Assembly: GCA_965649265.1 (NCBI GenBank)
Contig: CBFGKC010000004.1
Location: forward strand, 90,590-154,589
Length of the DNA stretch: 64,000 nt
Source: a candidate division WOR-3 bacterium
GTDB lineage: Bacteria; Hydrothermota; Tepidihabitantia; B3-TA06
Reading direction: 5' to 3'
A model generated the notes under the pieces. It had not been told where the DNA came from. It did not search any database and worked only from the letters and a program-made list of their open reading frames with translations. Positions 19,546-28,325 of this stretch are shown here, piece after piece. The position numbers were made by a program, and so were the translations under genes. Positions within the stretch are counted from its first letter, which is position 1. The number at the start of each line of letters is the position of its first letter.

Positions 19546-20850
19546 TCAAGGGAATATGCCGCGTTCCTTGTACACCGTGGCAAGATGTGAAAGGGCGACA
19601 ATGTAGCAGGCCGTGCGCCAGTCTGTTTTATACTCACTTGCGGTGTCGCGGACGCGCTGGTATGCGTTCACCATCTTCTTGTGGAGCTTGGAATCGACTT
19701 CGTCGAGCTCCCAGAACTCGCTGCGCTTGTTCTGAAGCCACTCGAAGTAGCTAACCATTACTCCGCCGGCATTGCAGAGAACGTCCGGGATGACGTCTAT
19801 GCCGCGCTCGAAGAGAATGGCGTCTGCGTCAGGATCGGTGGGACCGTTTGCTCCTTCAGCCACGAGCTTCACGTTGATCTTCGGGGCGGTTTCCGCCGTT
19901 ATCTGGTTCTCGAGTGCGGCAGGAATGAAGATGTCCGCTTTGGTGGCAAGGAAGGTCTTGTGATCGACGGCCTTCATCTTGGGGTATCCGCCGACAAGTC
20001 CCTTGTTTTTCTTGGCATACTCCGTCAACTCGAACGGATCAATGCCTTCCGGATTTGAGAATGTGCCGGATGCGTCTTCAACGGCCACTAGTTTTGCGCC
20101 GTGCGGGGCAAGAAGCCTCGACGCCCAGGAACCCACGTTGCCGAAGCCCTGGACGAAGTACGTAGCGCCCTTGAGATCGAATTTCTTGTCTTTGGCCCAT
20201 TCTTCGATGGTGTAGACCACGCCCTGGCCTGTTGCCTTGTCGCGGCCTATGCTGCCGCCTGCCTCGATGGGCTTTCCTGTCACGACGTGAATCGAGCGCT
20301 GACGCTCGGTCGCCGGCATCGTGGAAAGGTAGGTGTCAAGAATCCATGCCATTATCTGTGGGGTGGTGTTCACGTCCGGGGCCGGGATGTCGTATTCGGG
20401 TCCGATATTGGAGCCGAGCGCGTAGGTGAAGCGGCGGGTTATACGCTCGAGTTCATTCTGGCTGTACTTTGATGGATCGAGTTGGATCCCTCCCTTAGCT
20501 CCGCCGAAGGGTATGTTGACTATCGCCGATTTCCAGGTCATCCATGTTGCCAGTGCCCTGACCTCGTTTATCTCCACCGCCGGGTGAAAACGAAGCCCGC
20601 CTTTGTAAGGGCCGAGGGCGTTGTTGTGCTGAACCCGATACCCTGTGAACATCTCTATGCGGCCGTCGTCCATTTTAACAGGGAAATGCACTATAACTTC
20701 GTTGGTCGTCCTTGCAAGGATGCTGCGGATCTTCGGGTCGAGCCCCATAAGATCCGCAGCCTTGTCGAATTGCCTTGTGACGTTGTCGTAGACGCTTCTC
20801 TCTATCTTGGTCGCTTTTTTGTCGGTTGCGTTGGAAGTAAGTGTTGGCAT
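19546..20850 (-). CDS. gdhA: Glu/Leu/Phe/Val dehydrogenase, intact glutamate dehydrogenase
   Basis: GPYKGGLRFH, MTWK, GGAKGG, PAPDVNT, GFGNVG, EGANGP. Confidence 0.95.
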   Translation of the reverse strand: MPTLTSNATDKKATKIERSVYDNVTRQFDKAADLMGLDPKIRSILARTTNEVIVHFPVKMDDGRIEMFTGYRVQHNNALGPYKGGLRFHPAVEINEVRALATWMTWKSAIVNIPFGGAKGGIQLDPSKYSQNELERITRRFTYALGSNIGPEYDIPAPDVNTTPQIMAWILDTYLSTMPATERQRSIHVVTGKPIEAGGSIGRDKATGQGVVYTIEEWAKDKKFDLKGATYFVQGFGNVGSWASRLLAPHGAKLVAVEDASGTFSNPEGIDPFELTEYAKKNKGLVGGYPKMKAVDHKTFLATKADIFIPAALENQITAETAPKINVKLVAEGANGPTDPDADAILFERGIDVIPDVLCNAGGVMVSYFEWLQNKRSEFWELDEVDSKLHKKMVNAYQRVRDTASEYKTDWRTACYIVALSHLATVYKERGIFP

Positions 20851-20883
20851 TTTATCCTCAATATCCTTGTTATCCTTATATCC

Positions 20884-21201
20884 TTATTCGTATTCCTCGC
20901 AGCGCCACACTCCACTTGCCGGCTTGGGATATGAGCATGTAGGTCTGTTTTCACAGTTCTTGCAAAGCCCCTTAAGTTCGACCTTGTCTTCAACTGCTGC
21001 GGAGGTTCCGGTGGTTTTGGTTACGGTTTGAGTTTTCGTGTATTCAAAACCTTCGAACTCATCGCAGTGCATGACCGGTTTTTCAGCATTTCTCGGGAAA
21101 GTACATGTCGTTGAAAGCGTGCAAGTTCCGCATAAGCCACGAAGCTCCGTGATCTCATGGGTCGTCGCTCTTGTTTTGGTTTCTGTCATTACGTTTGACA
21201 T
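20884..21201 (-). CDS. Small protein with duplicated Cys4 motif
   Basis: LRGLCGTC..TCTFP..HCDEFE and LKGLCKNC..TCSYP..RCEEYE; AAGGAGG RBS. Confidence 0.85.
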   Translation of the reverse strand: MSNVMTETKTRATTHEITELRGLCGTCTLSTTCTFPRNAEKPVMHCDEFEGFEYTKTQTVTKTTGTSAAVEDKVELKGLCKNCENRPTCSYPKPASGVWRCEEYE

Positions 21202-21264
21202 TTCTGACCTCCTTAAGGTCTTTTATCAACCGCGGCCTTTTTGCCGCGTTCACTTTACTTAAGG

Positions 21265-21280
21265 AGCAATCAGCATGCCA
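21265..21280 (-). promoter_or_regulatory. sigma-54 promoter of the Cys-protein/gdh operon
   Basis: Minus strand TGGCATGCTGATTGCT; candidate UAS palindrome GGGGAGAAATTCCCC at 21431-21445; IHF-like TAAGTTGTTATTTT near 21320. Confidence 0.85.
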
Positions 21281-21447
21281 CGCTGCAAAGGGAGGTCCCC
21301 CTCCCATTATCCCTAAAGTTAAGTTGTTATTTTGCTTGACATAACTGCGTAATGGAACGTCTAAATCCTGTGAAAAATATCCTTCGCGTGTCTGCGGACG
21401 GTCGTTTTAAAAGGGGAGGACTGAACCGGTGGGGAGAAATTCCCCGG

Positions 21448-22806
21448 TTATTGGCCGGTCTCTTCAGAGTCCTCTTCAACCTTTTTGAGTTTTTCCCTCA
21501 GGGTCTTGCGGTCTATACCCAGTATCTCGGCGGCCTGGGTTTTGTTGCCGTCGACGCTTGAAAGGACGTTGCGGATGTATTCGGTTTCCACCTCGGCAAG
21601 CGTCCGGTTCAGACCGTGACCTCTCAACGACGAAAACCGCATTAGCGAGGGCAGGTCGGAAACCTCGATGATGTCGCCTTCGGTCATGACCACCAGGCGC
21701 TGGATCACGTTTTCAAGTTCCCTCACGTTGCCGGGCCAGTGGTAGTTCTTGATAACCTTAAGTGCATCGTCCGAAAAGGTCGGAATCTTTTTGCCGAGAC
21801 TGGTCGCGAACTTGGTGGCAAAATTATTGATCAATAGAAGAATATCGTCACACCTGTCCCTGAGAGGGGGTAATTCTATTGTTATGACGTTCAGGCGGTA
21901 GAAGAGATCGTCCCTGAACAACCCCTGTTTAATGAGGCTCATAAGGTCCTTGTTCGTAGCGGCTATGATTCTTACATCCACCCTTTGCGGTCTTCTCGAG
22001 CCGACCATGAATACTTCCTTGTCCTGCAAGACTCTCAAAAGCTTGACCTGAGTGGCAAGACTCGTCTCCGATATCTCATCCAGCAGCAGGGTGCCTCCGT
22101 CCGCGGTCTGAAAGAATCCGGCCCTTGTGGAGGAGGCTCCCGAAAAAGCGCCCTTAACGTAACCGAAGAGTTCGGATTCCAGAAGCTCATGGGGTATCGC
22201 CCCGCAGTTTACGGGCAGGAAGGGGGCGGAAGCGCGATCACTGTTATAGTGGATGGCCCTTGCCACGAGTTCCTTGCCTGTCCCGCTCTCTCCGGTTATC
22301 AGGACGGTTGCCCGTGTCTTCGAGCATTTGTCCACGGCATCGTAAACTTTCTGCATCTTCGGGGATTCACCGATGATGCCGTACATGACACGCGGTGTCC
22401 CTTCTGCCCGGGCCGTGCGGCGGGTGTAAAGTTTATCGAGCGATCGTTCGATGGCCGAAAAGAGTTCCTCGTCGGTAAAAGGCTTTGCAAGGTATTCATC
22501 CGCGCCGATCTTGACGGCTTCGACCGCTCCCTCGATAGTCGCGTAGCCCGTGATCATCATCACTTCGGTATTCTTGAGGTTCTCTCGCACGTGCCTTACG
22601 AGATCGAGGCCGCTGGCCCCAGGCATCTTTAAGTCGGTGACAACAAGATCCACTTCGGTGTCCCTCAGTACCTCAAGGGCCTCGGCGACGCTCTGGCACG
22701 TAAAGACCTGATATCCCTGGGATGTGAGGTTGCGCTGTAAGACCTCGAGGGTATCCCTTGCGTCGTCTACGACAAGTATTTGAGCCTTTTTAGTCGGTGT
22801 TGCCAT
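21448..22806 (-). CDS. NtrC/AtoC-family sigma-54 response regulator
   Basis: Receiver VTDLKMP, GESGTGKE, ESELFG..GAFSGA, WPGNVREL, Fis-type HTH. Confidence 0.95.
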   Translation of the reverse strand: MATPTKKAQILVVDDARDTLEVLQRNLTSQGYQVFTCQSVAEALEVLRDTEVDLVVTDLKMPGASGLDLVRHVRENLKNTEVMMITGYATIEGAVEAVKIGADEYLAKPFTDEELFSAIERSLDKLYTRRTARAEGTPRVMYGIIGESPKMQKVYDAVDKCSKTRATVLITGESGTGKELVARAIHYNSDRASAPFLPVNCGAIPHELLESELFGYVKGAFSGASSTRAGFFQTADGGTLLLDEISETSLATQVKLLRVLQDKEVFMVGSRRPQRVDVRIIAATNKDLMSLIKQGLFRDDLFYRLNVITIELPPLRDRCDDILLLINNFATKFATSLGKKIPTFSDDALKVIKNYHWPGNVRELENVIQRLVVMTEGDIIEVSDLPSLMRFSSLRGHGLNRTLAEVETEYIRNVLSSVDGNKTQAAEILGIDRKTLREKLKKVEEDSEETGQ

Positions 22807-24529
22807 TGCTCGATTTCTCCTTCTCTGTATTTTCTCCGGAAAGCGGCAGTACTATCTCGAACCTGGAACCCTTGCCCGGCTTGCTGTCGACCTTGATTGT
22901 GCCTCCGTGCGAAGATACAATTCCGTGAACGACGGCGAGTCCGAGCCCGGTACCCTGACCGACACCCTTGGTCGTAAAGAAGGGCAGGAATATTTGCTTG
23001 AGGATCTCCCTGCTCATGCCGATACCGGTATCCTCCACGATTAAAGAGATATCCTCCTCCCCTCCCTGTGTGGACAGAGTAAGTCGGCCTCCGCCCGGCA
23101 TTGCCTGGATGGCATTGACTATTAGATTGACGAGCGCCTGGTGAAGCTGTGCAGGATCGGCCACAATCATGGGCAGGTCCGGGTCCAGATTTCGAACCAG
23201 TTCAATCCCCTCCTTGGCGCACCTGGATTCCAGGAAGTAGATGCCGTCCTTGACTATCTTGTTGAAGTCTACCTCGGATTTATTCGTCGGCATCTGCCTG
23301 GCGAAATACAGGAGTTTTTTGACCGCCTCCCTGGCATGAAGCGATGCGGCGATTATCTTGTCCACGTCTTCCTGAGCCTGGGCGGGCAGCCCCGGGGTTT
23401 TTTTGGAAAGCTGGGCAAAACCAAGGATGCTGCCCAGGGGCTCGTTCAGCTCGTGAGCCACACCGGCGGCAAGCTGTCCTAAAGTTGCGAGGCGGTCCGC
23501 ATGTCTCAGCTGCTCCTTGAGCTTGGCCTGATCCTCCTCAAATTTTTTTCGCTCTATAATCAAGCCGATCTGACTCGCCACCGTCTGGAGCAGATTTCGT
23601 TCCTCCGTAAGGAACAAGTCAACCTCGAGTTCCGGTCTGTCCTCGGAATAAAAAACTTCGATTCTCCCGCGCTCCGAGCCCGCCACCACTATTGGTGATG
23701 ATATTTTGTACCTGGTTCCCGAAAATCCCGGAGTGGTGTAACTTCTTCCGTCGAGGATTATCCTCGAAGAAGCAATCTCGTGATACTGCATTGCTTGAGG
23801 TAGTATCTGAGCTATTCCTTCGAGGATCCCCTCGAGCGATATTCGGGGTCTTTGAACGAGCCTTGCAATCCCGTAAAGGCACGAAAGCTCCTTGACGCGT
23901 TCCCTGAGTGCGGCCTGGGCGCGGCGTCCGGCCGCCGCTATACCCAGCGCCTGGCTGAAGCTTTCATAGAGTTCAATCTCATTTTCGGTAAAGAAGTCTT
24001 TTGACTTGCTCTTGAGCTGCAGTAACCCCATGTTCTTTTCGTCAATCACGAAAGGAATCATCGCAAGAGAGAAGAAACTGTCGTCGGGCTGTATCTCGTC
24101 CTTCCCGTTTGAAACCTTATGAGTATCACCGGTCCAGAAGCTGCCGTTCTTGGTGAAGAAGGGAAGAGTAGTGTCTATCTGGTGCGTGGCAACGCTCTTG
24201 CAGACACGTTCGAGTGCCGAGTCCTCAATCGAACAAGGGATATACTCACCTCTTGTCCCCTGCGCGAAGGGCATGATCTGGAATTTGAAATTCTCCACCG
24301 GTGCCCTTGTCGCTTCCCAGCGGTAGTTCAAGTCGCCGTCCGTCATCCTTATCTCTATGGCGTCGCAGCCGGAGAAGCCGAACAGAAGCCTTGAAACTTC
24401 CTTGAGGAATTCGCTTCTCGTTCCCCCTTTATGCGCGTATATCAGAACCTTGCGTGAGAGCTCGGGATAATCCTGTGGTCCCGGGTTGCCGGTTTGTTTT
24501 CCTTGTTGGGGTAACTTATCGATTATCAT
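22790..24529 (-). CDS. Cytoplasmic GAF-containing sensor histidine kinase
   Basis: AHELNEPL H-box, NAIQAM, DTGIG, PFFTTK, GTGLGL; no TM segment. Confidence 0.93.
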   Translation of the reverse strand: MIIDKLPQQGKQTGNPGPQDYPELSRKVLIYAHKGGTRSEFLKEVSRLLFGFSGCDAIEIRMTDGDLNYRWEATRAPVENFKFQIMPFAQGTRGEYIPCSIEDSALERVCKSVATHQIDTTLPFFTKNGSFWTGDTHKVSNGKDEIQPDDSFFSLAMIPFVIDEKNMGLLQLKSKSKDFFTENEIELYESFSQALGIAAAGRRAQAALRERVKELSCLYGIARLVQRPRISLEGILEGIAQILPQAMQYHEIASSRIILDGRSYTTPGFSGTRYKISSPIVVAGSERGRIEVFYSEDRPELEVDLFLTEERNLLQTVASQIGLIIERKKFEEDQAKLKEQLRHADRLATLGQLAAGVAHELNEPLGSILGFAQLSKKTPGLPAQAQEDVDKIIAASLHAREAVKKLLYFARQMPTNKSEVDFNKIVKDGIYFLESRCAKEGIELVRNLDPDLPMIVADPAQLHQALVNLIVNAIQAMPGGGRLTLSTQGGEEDISLIVEDTGIGMSREILKQIFLPFFTTKGVGQGTGLGLAVVHGIVSSHGGTIKVDSKPGKGSRFEIVLPLSGENTEKEKSSNGNTD

Positions 24530-24622
24530 CTTCCAAAGCTAATTCTAAAGACGCCGCCTGCGGTGTCAAGCCGGTCATCAGTGGCCGATTGACAAGCGTG
24601 GATTTCTATTTATCCTAGATGC

Positions 24623-25003
24623 ATGAAAGAAGAAGGACAAATAAAGCTCGGGTGGTGCGAATTGTGTCTCAATGTCGTCGATCTGGAACGTTCCCTCGAG
24701 TTCTACGAAAAACTGGGTTTCAGCGAGGTGGAGGTTGACCTTGACGAGGGCTGGGCGGTCCTTGAACACGCGAATCTTCTGCTCGCTCTCTATAAAGATC
24801 ACATAAAGGAAAACATGATCAATTTTCGCGGCGGTGACGTTTCTAAGATTGCCAGGGAACTCAAGGCTCGAGGACTGTCTTTGACCGAGGACGCTCACGT
24901 CGAAGAAGACGGCAGTACCGGCGCAACCGTCAAGGACCCTGACGGAAATATCATATATTTCAACACTCATCCCGGTGAGGGGATAGAGAATGGCGGTCAG
25001 TGA
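24623..25003 (+). CDS. VOC/glyoxalase family protein
   Basis: DLERSLEFYEKLGF, KDPDGN. Confidence 0.88.
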   Translation: MKEEGQIKLGWCELCLNVVDLERSLEFYEKLGFSEVEVDLDEGWAVLEHANLLLALYKDHIKENMINFRGGDVSKIARELKARGLSLTEDAHVEEDGSTGATVKDPDGNIIYFNTHPGEGIENGGQ

Positions 25004-25303
25004 ACGCTTCACCCTCTCCTCCCTTACAAGGTAATCTTTCTTTGCCCCGCGCGGTGTCCAGATTATTCCTTAAGATCGGTGAAATCCGGAAACTCAGGGA
25101 AAAGCTCCCTCATTCATTTTTTGTGTCGAGCTCCGGCCTGCCCGCTCTGCTCGAAGATATCTGGTCAAACCGCGGACGGCACCGTTGTTCCCTCTCTTTT
25201 ATTCAACCAGGTTTCAATCGAGATACGTTTAGCTTGACACGTAACCAAATCTGACTAGATTTTGCGGAATAAAACAGTGCGTATGGCACTAGGAGGATAA
25301 AGA

Positions 25304-27364
25304 ATGAAAGAAGAACCAACCAAGGAGAACAAGGACAAGCCTCCGCAGCGAAAGGCGGAGCCTCCCTCAGGAAGTAAGAAAACCCTTGGACCGGTTCCCA
25401 ATCTAGAGGAGCACGTCAGTTCGGACTGGTGGAGGAGGATTTTCAACTCCACATATCTCAAAACCGACGCCGATGTCGTGGAAGATCAGGATATAACCCG
25501 CAAAGAGGTGGATCTCTTCCATACTATCCTCGGCGTCAATCCCGACGACAAAATTCTCGATCTCTGCTGCGGCCAGGGAAGGCATTCCATGGAACTCGCT
25601 CGCACCGGCCTTAAGAATGTAGAAGGTCTTGACCGTTCGCACTACCTCATACAGCGTGCAAAAGCCCAGGCAAAGAAAGAGAATCTGAACATAAAATTTC
25701 GCGAGGGCGACGCCAGAAAATTGCCTTATTACGCGGATAACTTCGATGCCGTGATGATACTCGGTAACAGCTTCGGCTACTTTGAGACGGTCAACGACGA
25801 CCTCAGAGTGCTGAAGGAAGTCGCGAGGATTCTCAAACCCTGGGGCAAGCTTCTCATAGACGTTACGGACGGAGAGTACCTCAAGCAGAATTACCAGCCG
25901 CGTTCATGGGAGTGGATCGACGCCAAGCATTTCGTCTGCCGCGAACGCTCGCTCTCGCTCGACAAACAGCGTTTGATTTCTCGTGAACTCGTCTCTGATG
26001 TCGATGAAGGCATAATGGTCGACCAGTTCTACGCCGAAAGGCTCTATACTCGCGAACAGATCCAGGAGCTTCTGGAAAAAGCCGGATTCAGCGAAATAAT
26101 GCTCCACACCGAACTTGGTTCGGATTCCCGAAGGAATCAGGATCTGGGAATGATGGAGCGCCGTATAATCGTCACCGGTGTGGTTCGCAAGGAGTGGAGC
26201 GCGCCCAGGCGCAAGACAAAAGGAATGATGAAGAGCGTTACCGTCATTCTCGGCGATCCCACGAAACCCGATCCTCTCAAGCCTATGGGTATATTCGACG
26301 ACGACGACTTCTATACCATAGATCAACTCAAGGACGCGCTTCGCGAACTTTCGTGCTACCAGTTCTCCTACATAAACAATCATTCGACACTTGTTTACGA
26401 TCTAGCCAAACTAAAAGGCAAGACCGATTTCGTCTTCAACCTGTGCGACGAAGGTTACAACAACAATGCGAGACTTGAGCTTCATGTGCCCGCGCTGCTC
26501 GAAGTCGTCGATATGCCTTACACGGGATCAGGACCTCAGTGCCTTGCATCCTGTTACGATAAATCGCTCGTTCGTGGTATAGCGAAGGAGATGGACATAC
26601 CCGTTCCAGAGGCCATGTTCATAAAACCGGAGGATACCATATTCGAACTGCCGCTCAATTTCCCCCTTCTCGTGAAGCCTAACTTCGGTGATTCGAGTTT
26701 CGGAATTACCCAGCGCAGCGTCGTCTATAAAATCGAGGAATTGCTTAACGCAGTCACCGAGATCAGAGAAAAGTTCGGGTACGACAAGCCAATCCTCGTA
26801 GAGGAATTCCTTACGGGCAAGGATCTGACAATGGGTATCATCGGCAACCCGCCTGAATCCTACCAGGTGCTTCCCATTATCGAAGAAGACTACTCCGCAC
26901 TCCCGAAAGGGCTACCGCGCATTTGCGGATACGAGGCCAAGTGGATGCCCGACTCTCCGTACTGGAACATCAAATCCGTAAAAGCGGAGCTTCCTGAAGA
27001 CGTCGAAAAATCCATCATAGAATGGTCGGCCAGGCTTTTCGAGCGTCTCGATTGCCGCGACTACGCGCGTCTGGACTGGCGACTTGACTCCAAAGGCAAT
27101 CCCAAGCTTCTCGAGGTCAACCCGAATCCCGGCTGGTGCTGGGACGGCCATCTTGCCAAGATGGCGAAGATTGCGGGGACATCATACACAGAGATGCTCG
27201 AAATGATACTGCGTGCAGCCGAACAGCGTTTAGGTATACAACCCAAAACTGAAGATTCGAAACCCGAACCCGGTGAATGCCAGCTTCCTGACTCTGATGC
27301 TTCAGGTGACAGAAGCCTTCTTCTGCCGGGCTTGTGGAACGGAAAGAAGCCTGAAAAAACCTGA
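25304..27364 (+). CDS. Fusion of class I SAM methyltransferase and D-Ala-D-Ala-ligase-like ATP-grasp domain
   Basis: LDLCCGQGRH; then FNLCDEG, PYTGS, VKPNFGDSSFGI, VEEFLTG, RDYARLD, LEVNPNPG. Confidence 0.9.
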   Translation: MKEEPTKENKDKPPQRKAEPPSGSKKTLGPVPNLEEHVSSDWWRRIFNSTYLKTDADVVEDQDITRKEVDLFHTILGVNPDDKILDLCCGQGRHSMELARTGLKNVEGLDRSHYLIQRAKAQAKKENLNIKFREGDARKLPYYADNFDAVMILGNSFGYFETVNDDLRVLKEVARILKPWGKLLIDVTDGEYLKQNYQPRSWEWIDAKHFVCRERSLSLDKQRLISRELVSDVDEGIMVDQFYAERLYTREQIQELLEKAGFSEIMLHTELGSDSRRNQDLGMMERRIIVTGVVRKEWSAPRRKTKGMMKSVTVILGDPTKPDPLKPMGIFDDDDFYTIDQLKDALRELSCYQFSYINNHSTLVYDLAKLKGKTDFVFNLCDEGYNNNARLELHVPALLEVVDMPYTGSGPQCLASCYDKSLVRGIAKEMDIPVPEAMFIKPEDTIFELPLNFPLLVKPNFGDSSFGITQRSVVYKIEELLNAVTEIREKFGYDKPILVEEFLTGKDLTMGIIGNPPESYQVLPIIEEDYSALPKGLPRICGYEAKWMPDSPYWNIKSVKAELPEDVEKSIIEWSARLFERLDCRDYARLDWRLDSKGNPKLLEVNPNPGWCWDGHLAKMAKIAGTSYTEMLEMILRAAEQRLGIQPKTEDSKPEPGECQLPDSDASGDRSLLLPGLWNGKKPEKT

Positions 27365-27400
27365 TTAGTGGTCTAAGCGGACCGTCTCGGAGGTTCATAA

Positions 27401-28135
27401 ATGATCTTTGCATTGGTCGTTTTTGCCCTTGCGTTGCTGGCTGTCATTGTCGCCGCGGTTGTCAGAATCAACGTGCCGCGTGCAGCAGGATTCCTGGGAC
27501 TTGATCCTCCCCGGGTAGTTCGCGCTTACGACTTCATGAGTCATATGCCTCCTTTTGCGGTTGTACGATTACTTGTAGCTAATACCCTTTCTCGCATGAA
27601 TGTACATGGTTCTTTAGTTGATGTTGGATGCGGTCCGGGTTATCTGCTTGCCGTTATCGGTCGCAGATTCCCGTCTCTTCGTCTGATCGGTGTGGATTTG
27701 TCGAAAGAAATCCTTTCCGCCGCATCCCGGAATCTTTCCACAATCGCGGGAGAAAGACTCGAACTCCTTGAAGGCGACTCGGAGTGTCTTCCCCTTCATC
27801 AGAACTCCGTCGACTATCTCGTAAGCACGTTGTCCCTGCACCACTGGCCGGAGCCGCAAAAGGCTTTTCGCGAGTTCCAAAGGGTTCTCAAGCCCGGCGG
27901 AATGCTTCTCGTCTTCGATCTCAAAAGAGACCCGAAACTCCTCTTTTATTTCCTTATCCGTTTTGTTACGGCTGCGGTTGTACCCCGCGCTCTTCGTGAA
28001 GTGAAAGAACCTCTCGGATCCCTTCTTTCCGCGTATACACCGGTCGAGGTCCAGGAATTCATGGAAGGAATCCACTGGAGTTCGCTCACCATAGAACCGG
28101 GTTTCGGCTGGATGACCGTAACGGCGGTCAAGTAG
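27401..28135 (+). CDS. Class I SAM methyltransferase with N-terminal membrane anchor
   Basis: VDVGCGPG, SLHHW, RVLKPGG. Confidence 0.88.
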   Translation: MIFALVVFALALLAVIVAAVVRINVPRAAGFLGLDPPRVVRAYDFMSHMPPFAVVRLLVANTLSRMNVHGSLVDVGCGPGYLLAVIGRRFPSLRLIGVDLSKEILSAASRNLSTIAGERLELLEGDSECLPLHQNSVDYLVSTLSLHHWPEPQKAFREFQRVLKPGGMLLVFDLKRDPKLLFYFLIRFVTAAVVPRALREVKEPLGSLLSAYTPVEVQEFMEGIHWSSLTIEPGFGWMTVTAVK

Positions 28136-28325
28136 GCGTTTTTTTTCTGCCGTCAGAAATTCAAGGAAGGTATCCTGAGTCTGGTTTCTTTTTCTCCTGT
28201 TTAATCCAGTGGAGTTAGGGTGTTCTTGTCGTCTTTAAATGAAATCCACCTGCTTGACAAATACTGCCCGGTAAATAATGTTAGCTGTTTCAGGGAGCCG
28301 GAAGGGCAAACTTAGGAGGATTCCT

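Noticed and set aside
21448-22806. GAFSGA instead of GAFTGA implying a sigma-54-independent regulator
   Set aside because: T->S is a conservative variant and a strong sigma-54 promoter lies right beside the gene.
25000-25254. 84-aa ORF after the VOC gene
   Set aside because: No motifs, atypical composition, and it overlaps the promoter of the next gene.
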